Below, in pieces: positions 26,772 to 35,981 of a stretch of 64,000 bases of DNA. The DNA is from an uncultured Candidatus Saccharibacteria bacterium (lineage in GTDB: Bacteria > Patescibacteriota > Minisyncoccia > UBA6257 > 2-01-FULL-56-20). The notes under the pieces are model-generated. The model was not told the DNA's origin, did not search any database, and worked only from the letters and a program-made list of their open reading frames with translations. The stretch is taken from assembly GCA_964646415.1 (NCBI GenBank), contig CAZYEL010000002.1, forward strand, positions 8,538 to 72,537, given 5' to 3'. The translations under genes and the position numbers were made by a program. Positions within the stretch are counted from its first letter, which is position 1, and each line of letters opens with the position of its first letter.

Positions 26772-27068
26772 CTATAGGCTTGTTTCCATGAGCGGCATCC
26801 CCTTCTTCGCGCATCCTTCCGCCTGGCATACGCCAGGCTTCGGCGATACTCCTCCGCAACCGCCAGTGCACATGTAATGCGTCCCGCGCTTCCGAAAACT
26901 CTCATACGCGAGATATCCGGAAAGTACGACAATAAGCACACTTACCCAAACAGGCACCGAACGCCCCGCAAACGACATTTCCCATCGAAGCGCAGCCCGC
27001 ACAAGATGTGCAAGCGCGATTACCCCAAACACGACCCCGGTTGCTTTCACCAATGAGCGAATGTTCAT
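26772..27068 (-). CDS. Small membrane protein with a C-terminal Cys-rich motif, possibly metal-binding
   Basis: I trimmed it to the M giving MNIRSLVKATGVVFGV... The C-terminus reads CTGGCGGVSPKPGVCQAEGC. It overlaps the msrB end by 4 nt. Confidence 0.35.
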   Translation of the reverse strand: MNIRSLVKATGVVFGVIALAHLVRAALRWEMSFAGRSVPVWVSVLIVVLSGYLAYESFRKRGTHYMCTGGCGGVSPKPGVCQAEGCAKKGMPLMETSL

Positions 27069-27508
27069 TTTGATTTGGAATTTTTCTTCGTGTCTTTTTG
27101 AAGTTCGAGACAAACGGAGTTGATGCAAAAATGTTCGCCGGAAGGAAAAGTCTCGTCTTTGAAAATATGCCCAAGATGCGAACCGCATTTCGCACACATT
27201 ACTTCAATGCGATGCATTCCATGCGAATCATCATTCTCCAGCCGCACCGCCCCGGGAAGAGCCCGACTGAATGAAGGCCATCCGCGAAGTCCTGCCGGCC
27301 CCTTCTCTGCGTCGAATTTCGTGTCCGACGGAAAAAGCGCCGCTTCGCATACGCCACATTGATACACCCCGTCGTCAGTCGTATGGACATATTTTCCGCT
27401 ATAAGGCGCTTCGGTCCCCTTCTCCCGCGCCACCTTGTAAAGCTCCGGCGCAAGCTTTCTCTTCCACCCGGCTTCGTCGTCTGATATATCTTTTGAACCG
27501 CATACCAT
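27065..27508 (-). CDS. msrB: Peptide-methionine (R)-S-oxide reductase
   Basis: The CxxC pairs (CGVCEA, CAKCGSHLGHIF) and the catalytic motif RYCINSVC, as in the SelR domain. Confidence 0.9.
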   Translation of the reverse strand: MVCGSKDISDDEAGWKRKLAPELYKVAREKGTEAPYSGKYVHTTDDGVYQCGVCEAALFPSDTKFDAEKGPAGLRGWPSFSRALPGAVRLENDDSHGMHRIEVMCAKCGSHLGHIFKDETFPSGEHFCINSVCLELQKDTKKNSKSK

Positions 27509-27875
27509 GCCGCTTTATTGTACCAAATGAAAAGCTCCAAGGGAGGAAATCACAAGCCCCGGTATCCCGGGGCTTGTGCTGCCTGTGTTATCTGCGGCGC
27601 TTGCTGCTTTTCCGCCGCTTGCTCACACGCTTCACTGTTCTCTTTTTCGTCTTCTTTGCCTTTTTCTTTTTTGCCATTTTTCAAACTACTATCCCAATAT
27701 GAACGCCGACCTTTGAGGCGGCGGCGATCGCATCTCGCTCCGTCTGCAAAAAATTTTTAAAAAATAGAATGCCTCGCCCTTATTAAAAATTGTAGAGCGT
27801 ATTGCGCATATGTACAGAGAAGTTATGCACAACCCTGCGAAAATTTTCCGAACCTTCGATGGCGGTGAAAGAAAA

Positions 27876-28061
27876 TCAGCGCGGAGAAGAATTCACGCTG
27901 CCGCTTATCAATGCCGGAGGAAAGTGAGGCGTGTTTCCGCCGACAAGCGATATGCCCTTCGAACGATAGAATAAAAGCGCCAAAACACTGACGGCAACCG
28001 CGACAACAAACACCACGATATGCATCATTCCCTCCCGGTCGGTAATTTTCATAACCCTCAT
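27876..28061 (-). CDS. Possible small transmembrane peptide coupled to the dinB stop
   Basis: 61 aa with one hydrophobic helix (IVVFVVAVAVSVLALLF). It overlaps the dinB stop by 4 nt. Support is weak. Confidence 0.25.
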   Translation of the reverse strand: MRVMKITDREGMMHIVVFVVAVAVSVLALLFYRSKGISLVGGNTPHFPPALISGSVNSSPR

Positions 28062-29131
28062 TCTAAACCCTCCACCCGTACTCCGACAAGCCGTACGGGC
28101 TTCTTGGCGGGATTCTCCCGGGCATCGAAAAAAGGCATAAGCAACTTGAGCATTTCAAAGGCGAGCGCGTCCGCAGACGCAAGCGCATCGGGAAATGTCC
28201 GCGATCTGGTCATTGTCCTGAAATCAGCGAAGCGCACCGTGAGCACCGCGCGCCGGAAAGCGGAAAAGCCCTGCCGCCCAAGCCGCGCAACAACGGCATC
28301 CGCAAGCGCCCGCACCCGCGCCGAGACGAAGGAAGGCTCTCCCGTATCTTGTTCAAACGTCTCCTGCTCGCCCATAGACTTTGTTTCTTCTTCAATACCC
28401 ATCGGCGTGTCATCCCTGCCGCGCAAACGCTCATATAACTGCACGCCCCATACCCCGCACAGTTCCCGAAGCTCTTCGGAGGAAAATGGCAGGAGATCGC
28501 GCACGAATCGCGCCCCGCGCCTCGCGAAAAGCGCCTCGGTCTTCGGCCCAACCCCGGGAATTGCACGAAGCGGGAGCGGCGCAATCGTTCCCGCCGCCGC
28601 CTCTTCCCGTATCACGGTAAGTCCGTCGGGCTTATGCATCTCCGTCGCAATCTTTGCAATAAAGCGATTCGGACCGATGCCCACCGTCGTAGTAAGCCGC
28701 TCTTTCTTCCCTATGGAACTTTTAATCTCCCGCGCAATTTTCTCCGCCGCTTGATATGAGCCGGCAGAGGAAAGGTCGAGATATGCTTCATCAATGCTTG
28801 TCTGCTCCACGCAAAGGACTTTCTCCGAAGCAATCCCCATAATCCGCCGTGAAACTTCCCCATATTTTCTCATGTTCACGGCGCAAAACACCGCAGCAGG
28901 TTTCCCTGCCGCGCGGGCTTCTTCGGCCAAACGCCACGCCCGCGAAATCGGCATCGCGGAATGCATCCCGTATTCACGGGCTTTATAATTTGCCGTCGAT
29001 ACCACGCCCCGCCCCTCCCCGCCCTTGGGGTCCGCACCCACCACAAGCGGTTTTCCGCGGAAACGCGGATTGTCCCGCTCCTCCACGGAAGCGAAGAAGG
29101 CGTCCATATCCAAATGAGCGATTATTCTCAT
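28058..29131 (-). CDS. dinB: DNA polymerase IV (Y-family)
   Basis: The N-terminus MRIIAHLDMDAFFASVE and the motif SIDEAYLD. I set the start at the ATG at 29131; the track M at 29140 is a TTG. Confidence 0.9.
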   Translation of the reverse strand: MRIIAHLDMDAFFASVEERDNPRFRGKPLVVGADPKGGEGRGVVSTANYKAREYGMHSAMPISRAWRLAEEARAAGKPAAVFCAVNMRKYGEVSRRIMGIASEKVLCVEQTSIDEAYLDLSSAGSYQAAEKIAREIKSSIGKKERLTTTVGIGPNRFIAKIATEMHKPDGLTVIREEAAAGTIAPLPLRAIPGVGPKTEALFARRGARFVRDLLPFSSEELRELCGVWGVQLYERLRGRDDTPMGIEEETKSMGEQETFEQDTGEPSFVSARVRALADAVVARLGRQGFSAFRRAVLTVRFADFRTMTRSRTFPDALASADALAFEMLKLLMPFFDARENPAKKPVRLVGVRVEGLE

Positions 29132-29346
29132 ACTCTCCAATCTATACCTCGATATGGATGCGGGAAAGGGGTCGGGGAAACGGGAGCTTCCCCGTTGCGG
29201 AAGTATTGAAACCGCTGGGTTTCAAGGAGCGGAGCGACGCATCCATGTCTAAATGAGAAATTATTCGCATGGCTGCATTATCACCCTCCAGGAATAAAGA
29301 AGCTTCGAGAATTCTCGAAGCTTCTTTCCCTCCGGACGCATACCTT

Positions 29347-29637
29347 CTAGAGATTGTTCTGGATATCAACGTCAAGCATATCCACGTCATTGTCCAAATC
29401 CAGACTCCCGGAATCCGCGGCATTGAGGTCACGCTCAATCGCTCCCGTGCTGTCGGCTGCCGGCGCCGCCGGAGCAACTGTTTGCGGAAGAGGAGGTACC
29501 GTGGCGGGTGCGGCAACTTGACCACTTTGAGTGGGCGAAGCTATCTCTGAACCGGTACCCACGTACCACCACGCAACCGCTGCCACAACCAGAACCACCA
29601 CCACTGCGACTATCCAAGCTGTTTTATTTTCTTGCAT
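29347..29637 (-). CDS. Small membrane-anchored protein with a Pro/Ala-rich middle and an acidic C-terminus
   Basis: An N-terminal transmembrane helix (WIVAVVVVLVVAAVAWWYV) followed by a low-complexity tail. Confidence 0.35.
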   Translation of the reverse strand: MQENKTAWIVAVVVVLVVAAVAWWYVGTGSEIASPTQSGQVAAPATVPPLPQTVAPAAPAADSTGAIERDLNAADSGSLDLDNDVDMLDVDIQNNL

Positions 29638-29655
29638 TGTAGGTAATGAAAATTA

Positions 29656-30336
29656 TTACGACGACGTTGCGTTTGTGCCGGTGGCTCTCACGCTATCATC
29701 ATCCACGCCCGGGATGCCGCGAAGCGCCTGAATCGCTTTCTGCACCGCCTCGCGCGCGCTTTTCATTGCACCGTCGCGCAAATCCATGAGGTCTTTTTTA
29801 AGCGCAACGTGCGACGCCTGGAATGCCGCGCGGAGTCTCGCGTCGGTCGTGACCGTCACCTGGTACGTTTTTTTTGCTTGAACTTCCGCCGCCGTCCTCG
29901 CACCGGCAATTGCCGCGTTCGCTTCCTGCAACGCCGCGTTCACCGCCGCTACGTCTTTTCCCGCCGCGTGCGCCTTATCGCGCCGGCTCTCCACTTTCGC
30001 AAGCGTCGCATCATACCTCTCAAGCACATTGGTGAAATGCGTCGCCCATTTTTCATTCAAAGCGCCAAGTCGCTCAAAAAGATTGTCCGCGGCTTGTTTC
30101 TTTTTCTCGTCTTTTACCTGTTTCAGTTTTGCCTGGAACTCCGTTCGCGCCGTTTTCATCCTCTCCGCCGCATCTTTCTTCGCCGTCTCGAACTTCACCC
30201 GCAATTCTTCGACCGCTGCGCGGCGCACCTCCCCCCGCGTCGTCGTCGCGGGAGCCTGGGCGCCCGCAATCGCAACCGCTGCAACATACGCCACCACCGC
30301 ACCTCCTCCCATAAAATTCTTAATAATTGTGCTCAT
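29656..30336 (-). CDS. Secreted coiled-coil protein, hypothetical
   Basis: A signal peptide (MSTIIKNFMGGGAVVAYVAAVAIAGAQA) followed by long Ala/Lys/Glu-rich helical repeats. Confidence 0.45.
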   Translation of the reverse strand: MSTIIKNFMGGGAVVAYVAAVAIAGAQAPATTTRGEVRRAAVEELRVKFETAKKDAAERMKTARTEFQAKLKQVKDEKKKQAADNLFERLGALNEKWATHFTNVLERYDATLAKVESRRDKAHAAGKDVAAVNAALQEANAAIAGARTAAEVQAKKTYQVTVTTDARLRAAFQASHVALKKDLMDLRDGAMKSAREAVQKAIQALRGIPGVDDDSVRATGTNATSS

Positions 30337-30449
30337 ACTGTGAATTGTATAAGGTAAAATCCGGCTTTCCAAGCAAGGTTACCCACAGAACACGAACGAA
30401 TCATGAATTATCTGGGGAAAAATGCTTTAAGTATTCCCCCGCCCCAGCC

Positions 30450-30917
30450 CTATAATTCCCCAACTTCCCGTAGTGAATGCTTCATTATTACGTCGCCCTT
30501 GCCGAATAAAAACTTCCCGGCGAACTTCTTCCCCTCAAGGAACAACGGGAACCAATAGCGGTCATCGGGCCACATGGAATCGTAGGGAATCTCGTCTGCG
30601 CCGAACCACCGCGGCTTCATCTCGTCGCTCTCACATGGCTCTCCGCTGAATTCCGTAGCGCGGAAAATATGCACCTCAAGAATCTCCGGGTTCCCTCGGA
30701 ATTCAAAGCTGATGATGCCCACCTTCACCGCGTCACTCACTGCAATCCCCGCTTCCTCGCGCAATTCCCGCTGCATCGCCTCCTCAATCGTCTCCCCTTC
30801 CTGCACTTTTCCGCCAAAGCCATTCCACCGCCCCGCCCCGAACCCGCGCTTCTTGAGCCCCAGCAAAATCCGTGGGGGCTGATGCACCAGGCAAAGCGTC
30901 AAAGCCTTCTTCGTCAT
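30450..30917 (-). CDS. NUDIX hydrolase (MutT / 8-oxo-dGTPase-like)
   Basis: The Nudix box [24 protein letters not shown]. Confidence 0.8.
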   Translation of the reverse strand: MTKKALTLCLVHQPPRILLGLKKRGFGAGRWNGFGGKVQEGETIEEAMQRELREEAGIAVSDAVKVGIISFEFRGNPEILEVHIFRATEFSGEPCESDEMKPRWFGADEIPYDSMWPDDRYWFPLFLEGKKFAGKFLFGKGDVIMKHSLREVGEL

Positions 30918-31180
30918 TCGAGCGACATAATCTGCAATCCCTTCGCTTTTATCTCCTCTTCGGGCCAGTATAACTTATCAACTTTAAATACCCGGGCATA
31001 CGTCACTTTCTTCTCGACTTTTCTCCCTGTGTATCCTTTCGTTTTCGGGTCCCACTCCTCGAGCAGAAGCGTGTCGCCCTCATGTACCTCGAATTCATTC
31101 AGGCGCAGCTCGTATTTCTTCTTGCCTGATGCCACGTCGTCGAAATACTCGGGCCATATTTTCTTTTTAATTATTGCCAT
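30914..31180 (-). CDS. DUF3850 (ASCH/PUA-like) domain protein
   Basis: The segment [23 protein letters not shown]...[19 protein letters not shown] matches the DUF3850 pattern. Confidence 0.6.
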   Translation of the reverse strand: MAIIKKKIWPEYFDDVASGKKKYELRLNEFEVHEGDTLLLEEWDPKTKGYTGRKVEKKVTYARVFKVDKLYWPEEEIKAKGLQIMSLE

Positions 31181-31232
31181 TGGAGGTTAAAAAAAGAAAG
31201 TAGAAAATGGAAAATAGAAGCTGCTCGCATAA

Positions 31233-31748
31233 CTACTTCATAACCCCATATCGAAGCCGGATGGTACTCGCGGAAAGTTTCGAAATTTCGAGCAACTCAA
31301 GCTTCACCTCCGCATCCGTGTCCTTAAAAAGTTTAATGCCCTTCCCGAAAACCAACGGTTCGACGTCAAGAATCATCTCATTGAACAAACCCTCTTTCAA
31401 GAATCCGGCGTTCAAGGTCCCGCCACCTCCCACGACGATTTCTTCGAACCCCTTCTCCTTCAAAACTTCAACCGCTTCGCGCGGCGAAGAGACAAAAATC
31501 GTATTCATATCATTCTTATTTTCATTCTTCTCTGAAACTATTACCACCATCGGATTCCCGCATTTTTCAAAATCTCCTCCTTCTTTCATAAGTTTATAGG
31601 TGTTCCGGCCAACTACGACATTCCCCCGCTCCTTCACAAAATCGTAATACGCCTCGAATTCTTCTTCCGACCACGGCGTGTCGCCATTCTCGCGGGCGAT
31701 ATACCCGTTTGCCGTGATTGCCATGTAGAGAATGACTTTCATATTCAT
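31233..31748 (-). CDS. Dihydrofolate reductase-family protein (RibD C-terminal domain-like)
   Basis: The segment ILYMAITANGYIA...VVVGRNTY...VVGGGGTLNAGFL matches the DHFR/RibD_C fold. Confidence 0.7.
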   Translation of the reverse strand: MNMKVILYMAITANGYIARENGDTPWSEEEFEAYYDFVKERGNVVVGRNTYKLMKEGGDFEKCGNPMVVIVSEKNENKNDMNTIFVSSPREAVEVLKEKGFEEIVVGGGGTLNAGFLKEGLFNEMILDVEPLVFGKGIKLFKDTDAEVKLELLEISKLSASTIRLRYGVMK

Positions 31749-31772
31749 GCCTTTGCTATATCATATACAACA

Positions 31773-32711
31773 ATGAATATTTTGCACAAAGAAATTTTGG
31801 AGATTCCGGATGCAGCAGCTGCTTGTTACGAAAAGAATCACGGGCTTGTGCTGCCCACCAATGTCCCCTACCTTGCCATGGGCGGCGCCTCTTATGCTCC
31901 GCTTACACTGTTTTACTGTGGCGCAGCTATCCAACCCATAACCGCTTCCGAATACTTTCATTACCGACCGCAGGCCATCCTCCCCCAAGGCGTACTCCTT
32001 TCGCAGTCCGGCGAAAGCTCGGAAACGCTCTGGTGCCTAGAACGATTCGAAAAAGTAATCGCGGTCACGAACAACCCCAAATCTACGCTTGCAACCTCGC
32101 CCAAAACCGTTCAGGTGGCGCCACTCATGGCGGGCGAGGAAAAGTTTCTCTCCTCCACGAAAACCTACGTGAACATGCTCATCGCGCTCTACCTGGGGTT
32201 GGGCATCGACCCCGCTCCGGGGATTGCGGCGCTCAAAGCGAACTTTCCCAAAATCCAAACCGAGGCGGGAAAGAATGCGGCACGTATACATGCGGCCATC
32301 GCCGACAAAAAACAGCGGGGATTGTACGTCTTGGGAAGCGGACCGAATGCCGCGACCGCCATGCATGCCGCGCTCATTCTCACCGAAACGCTCTGCCTCC
32401 CGTGGCACGGCATGTCGCTCGCGCAATTTGACCATGGCCCAAAAGAAGCCGCCGTGGATGCGGTAGTGATTCTCCTCGACGGCAACGGCAAAGACCACGC
32501 GCGCATTGATTACGCCGGAAAAATATTTGCGGAACAAGCCCGCGCGCATGTTATACGAATTAAGGAACGAGAACTTGCGGAGCCCCTCACACCGCTCACG
32601 CTCATCACGCACGTCTGCCTCCTTATGGATTACCTCGGCGATGCACTCGGCGTAACCGCGGCATCGCGCATCGGAAGCAAAATCACCCGCGTCCCAAAGG
32701 AAGTGCATTGA
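31773..32711 (+). CDS. SIS-domain sugar-phosphate isomerase/deaminase-like protein, two SIS domains
   Basis: The phospho-sugar binding motif SQSGESSETL, and a second SIS-like half (LGSGPNAATAMHAALILTE). Confidence 0.7.
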   Translation: MNILHKEILEIPDAAAACYEKNHGLVLPTNVPYLAMGGASYAPLTLFYCGAAIQPITASEYFHYRPQAILPQGVLLSQSGESSETLWCLERFEKVIAVTNNPKSTLATSPKTVQVAPLMAGEEKFLSSTKTYVNMLIALYLGLGIDPAPGIAALKANFPKIQTEAGKNAARIHAAIADKKQRGLYVLGSGPNAATAMHAALILTETLCLPWHGMSLAQFDHGPKEAAVDAVVILLDGNGKDHARIDYAGKIFAEQARAHVIRIKERELAEPLTPLTLITHVCLLMDYLGDALGVTAASRIGSKITRVPKEVH

Positions 32712-32766
32712 GATAAACACCTGGAAAAATGGGGGTACTAATGTGACGCAGTCCGCAAATAAATTT

Positions 32767-33645
32767 CTAAGCCGAGAAAATTATCTCAAAAATCTTCTGG
32801 CCGATACGTGAAGGGTTGCGTACCTCCAACGCAATTTTGCATGGAGGATTCGCATCGCTGAGAATCGTCCGGCCCCGTTCTACTCCGTTGGTTACAACCT
32901 GGATACCAGATATAATCCATTCAAGGCTGCCCGGGAAATACATGGAGTATATTGCAAGCGGATCATGAAGGTGGAAAACCAACTCTCGTTTTCCACCATG
33001 GCTTTCAAACCAAGTGAGCAGCATCTTTTTGACCCAAGCTACGTGCGCCGTATTGTCCGGTATCCGGACAACATCATCCTTTGTCCAGAAAACCTTTTTG
33101 GTGACATCAAGCGGCACAACATTTATGCCCGCGCCTCCAAAGTGAGCAAAAACGTATTCCGCAGCTTCAGGATCGAATGCAATATTCGTCTCCGCATGCG
33201 AAGTTTCGTTTCCCGGTACATGAATCGCCCCTCCCATGACGGTAATATTTTCTATATTCCCACGGCGCAGCATAGCACCGACTCCCGTCATTGGCCCGAT
33301 TGAGATGATGCTTTTCGCCGCACCAGATGCCGCCTGCGTTTTTACACCGGACACGTCTACCGCAGGATGTATCCCACAGACACCGTCCTCGCCATGAAAA
33401 TAAGACGGCCAAGGGTGCTCCAACGGCTTCACGGGATTCTTCGGGCCGCTTTCAAAAAACCAATGAGGAGCAGCAAACGATATAAACTCTTTCGCATTTT
33501 GCGCAGTATATTCCTCTGGCGCATTTCCAAAAGTAGAAACAAGCGTATGCCCTCCTCTCGCTGATAGTTTCAACAGGAGAAGCAGCGCAATAATGTCATC
33601 TACTCCCGGGTCAGAAACAACCGTATACGTTTCGGTATTTTTCAT
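32767..33645 (-). CDS. Nucleoside hydrolase (IU-NH family)
   Basis: The N-terminal Asp cluster VVSDPGVDDIIAL (DxDxxxDD). I trimmed it to the M giving MKNTETY. Confidence 0.8.
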   Translation of the reverse strand: MKNTETYTVVSDPGVDDIIALLLLLKLSARGGHTLVSTFGNAPEEYTAQNAKEFISFAAPHWFFESGPKNPVKPLEHPWPSYFHGEDGVCGIHPAVDVSGVKTQAASGAAKSIISIGPMTGVGAMLRRGNIENITVMGGAIHVPGNETSHAETNIAFDPEAAEYVFAHFGGAGINVVPLDVTKKVFWTKDDVVRIPDNTAHVAWVKKMLLTWFESHGGKRELVFHLHDPLAIYSMYFPGSLEWIISGIQVVTNGVERGRTILSDANPPCKIALEVRNPSRIGQKIFEIIFSA

Positions 33646-33734
33646 TTTGATTGTTACAATTAATGAGGGGATGGTGCTATTTTCCATAATAACACCATCC
33701 CCATTTTGTTACCTCCGCTTTCGATACGTGCGCC

Positions 33735-35573
33735 TTAGATGCCGATGATTGCGCGTATCAGTTCAATCGTCCCTTGCGTGCACGAACTTGCCGCAGCGAT
33801 GCGCTCGGCAGGAACATTGCCAAGAAGTTGGACCAATCCAACACGGCACAGCGCGGGAGCGTACGTGAGGTCACTCCTGGAGTTCCCAATCATCCAGCAC
33901 TCCTTGCCCTCCTTATACAATTCCCACCCAATCCGACGGAGGGCTCGCCCTTTCCCGGAAGAAAGGCTGACGGCGTGTACAGCAATAAACCCATGCTCCG
34001 GCGAAGAATCAACGCTGATGTTCGGTTGAACGCGCTCCACGTGAGCAGCGACTTTCGCCGCTAACTCGCCGTCCGGCACGCCTTTCTTCACGCAAAACAT
34101 CGAAACGCTGGCGATGCGCCCTGCGCCGAACCCTATCCCCGTATCCGCCCTGTTCGTCCTGTCGTGCGGTTCCTGGAATTCCGGGCTTACCACATCCGGC
34201 AACACGCATACGGAATGCGCCTGCGCCCACTCTTGAACTATCCGCCTGGTCATCGCCGCGTCAACTCCCTCTCGTAGCACACACCCCTCCATAGGACGTA
34301 GTTCTTGAGAAGAGAAGAGGAGCGCGCCATTCTCGGCAATCGTAGGACCGTCAATGCCGTACTTTGCTCCCCACAACATGAGCAGCTCCGCAGGAGAATC
34401 CGAGCATAGCCCTATCTGCCAGCCACGCGCTTTCGCCTCGGCCACCACGGCCCTCAATTCGCCCTCATCCGCAGCCAGCAACCCGGCGTCTTCGGTGATT
34501 AGAGTCCCGTTGAGGTCTATCCAGATGACTCCCTTCCCCAGGCACTTGAAGTTCGTTGCGGGCGGAATCAAAAGGAGGTCACGCATGTGCTCACAAAATG
34601 AGTACATTGCGGTCTCCCAGTCGAATCCCCACTTTACGGCCATCGCCGCAAAGCATTTGTCCGCATCCCCAACCTTTACTTCAGGAAAACCTCTCCAGAA
34701 TTCGAGGCTACATTCCCAAATTTTCCTCGAGAACTCCAGCACTCGCTCCCGTGGGACGCTCGACCTTGCAAAAGTGTCCACGAAGGGAAGCACGTAGGGC
34801 GCTCTGCACTCTTCCGGGTAATCATGGGACGTCGTGCGGGGATAATGTATCACAAGACCGCCCCCGTATGACCCCGCGAGGAAATCCCGCGGGTCGTTGA
34901 GGTCGACGACCTCTTCCGACGTATAACTATGAAGAGCTTCGACTGGCACGCCTACTCTTGGTTCTCCAACTTGCATCCCAACGATAAGTTTTTTGATAAC
35001 AATCTTGTCACTCACCGATCGCATCAAGTGGACAAACTCCTGAATTGTGCCGCCGGAGAAAACATCGTCCTCGATGAGGATATATTCTCCCGCAGGAATT
35101 CTCCTTATTTGCTGCTCTAAAGGAAGAAATCCTGGTCGCTCATGAATCCCTAACTCGACATTTCCTCCCGGAGCGAATATCCGGGACACGCCCAGATTTA
35201 TATCTCCCTTAATGCAAGGGTCCATTGAGATAGTGGGGCACCCTCCTGCTTTTTCCATGATTCCCCTTTCAATGTCTTCAAGCCGATGACTCACAATTTC
35301 GAGGGAAGCTTTTCCACGAAACGCCTGAGAGTAGATTTCGTAGAGGTTTACCACAAATCTATCCCACGCCTCCTTTGCAGCTCTTCCTAATTTAAGGTGT
35401 TGCAACGCCCACTTTCCCTCGTCCCGGAATAAATACAGTCTTTTCATATCGAATCTCTTTCTTTTTTGTCTCCCCGCACCAGCCCGCGGAGAATTTGTTA
35501 ATGTGCGTTTTCGGGCTGGAAGAGAAGATATGGAGATGCGCCGGAAGCTTTCGGAGCATATCGCCTTTCCCAA
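33735..35573 (-). CDS. Fusion protein: type-I phosphoribosyltransferase domain plus a HAD-superfamily phosphatase domain
   Basis: The PRPP-binding motif YILIEDDVFSGGT is in the N-terminal half. HAD motifs are in the C-terminal half (VIWIDLNGTLI, GNSRSDL). The start may be the internal M giving MKRLYLF at about 35447. Confidence 0.55.
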   Translation of the reverse strand: MGKAICSESFRRISISSLPARKRTLTNSPRAGAGRQKRKRFDMKRLYLFRDEGKWALQHLKLGRAAKEAWDRFVVNLYEIYSQAFRGKASLEIVSHRLEDIERGIMEKAGGCPTISMDPCIKGDINLGVSRIFAPGGNVELGIHERPGFLPLEQQIRRIPAGEYILIEDDVFSGGTIQEFVHLMRSVSDKIVIKKLIVGMQVGEPRVGVPVEALHSYTSEEVVDLNDPRDFLAGSYGGGLVIHYPRTTSHDYPEECRAPYVLPFVDTFARSSVPRERVLEFSRKIWECSLEFWRGFPEVKVGDADKCFAAMAVKWGFDWETAMYSFCEHMRDLLLIPPATNFKCLGKGVIWIDLNGTLITEDAGLLAADEGELRAVVAEAKARGWQIGLCSDSPAELLMLWGAKYGIDGPTIAENGALLFSSQELRPMEGCVLREGVDAAMTRRIVQEWAQAHSVCVLPDVVSPEFQEPHDRTNRADTGIGFGAGRIASVSMFCVKKGVPDGELAAKVAAHVERVQPNISVDSSPEHGFIAVHAVSLSSGKGRALRRIGWELYKEGKECWMIGNSRSDLTYAPALCRVGLVQLLGNVPAERIAAASSCTQGTIELIRAIIGI

Positions 35574-35576
35574 GCA

Positions 35577-35607
35577 AAAACCGCCTTGCGGGCGGTTTTT
35601 GCTGCTG
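35577..35607 (-). terminator. Rho-independent, probably bidirectional terminator
   Basis: The hairpin aaaaccgcc-ttgcg-ggcggtttt, flanked by A- and T-runs. Confidence 0.55.
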
Positions 35608-35714
35608 TGCTCTTAAAGAACCGCCCGTTTAAGTACGGCGGCTCCGACGAACGTTTGCTATTTGTATGAATGCCAGTTGCATTTGTGTAAATGATACGGA
35701 GAACTCCCTCCTTG

Positions 35715-35981
35715 TCAACTCTTCCAGTTCCACCACTTGAGAAGTTCCGGATTGTGCCGCGCGTGCGAAGCGTAATATACCGCACATCGCATTACATACA
35801 ACATACAGCGATCTATGTGCCGACCTTCACACGCGCACAGTTTCTGATAAAGCTTTTCTGGATCTCTTCCTTTCAAATCTCGCTCCGCGCGGATGCCGAT
35901 ATTCCAAAAATCTTCGGCGATTTCCTTTCCCACGCCGGGAATCGTGCGGAGCGCCCGAAGCGATTCTTTTTTATTTTCCAT
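35715..35981 (-). CDS. Helix-hairpin-helix DNA-binding protein (Cdd1 / pathogenicity-locus family)
   Basis: The segment IPGVGKEIAEDFWNIGIRAERDL...LCACEGRHIDRCMLYVMRCAVYYA. Confidence 0.55.
   Translation of the reverse strand: MENKKESLRALRTIPGVGKEIAEDFWNIGIRAERDLKGRDPEKLYQKLCACEGRHIDRCMLYVMRCAVYYASHARHNPELLKWWNWKS

Noticed and set aside
27587-27677. A minus-strand ORF encoding a very basic peptide MAKKKKAKKTKKRTVKRVSKRRKSSK... (about 43 aa)
   Set aside because: It is a translation of an A-rich/T-rich run. It reads straight through a GC hairpin (caagccccgg-gata-ccggggcttg) that looks like a structural element. There is no ribosome-binding site or conservation signal, so it is most likely non-coding promoter or terminator DNA upstream of msrB.
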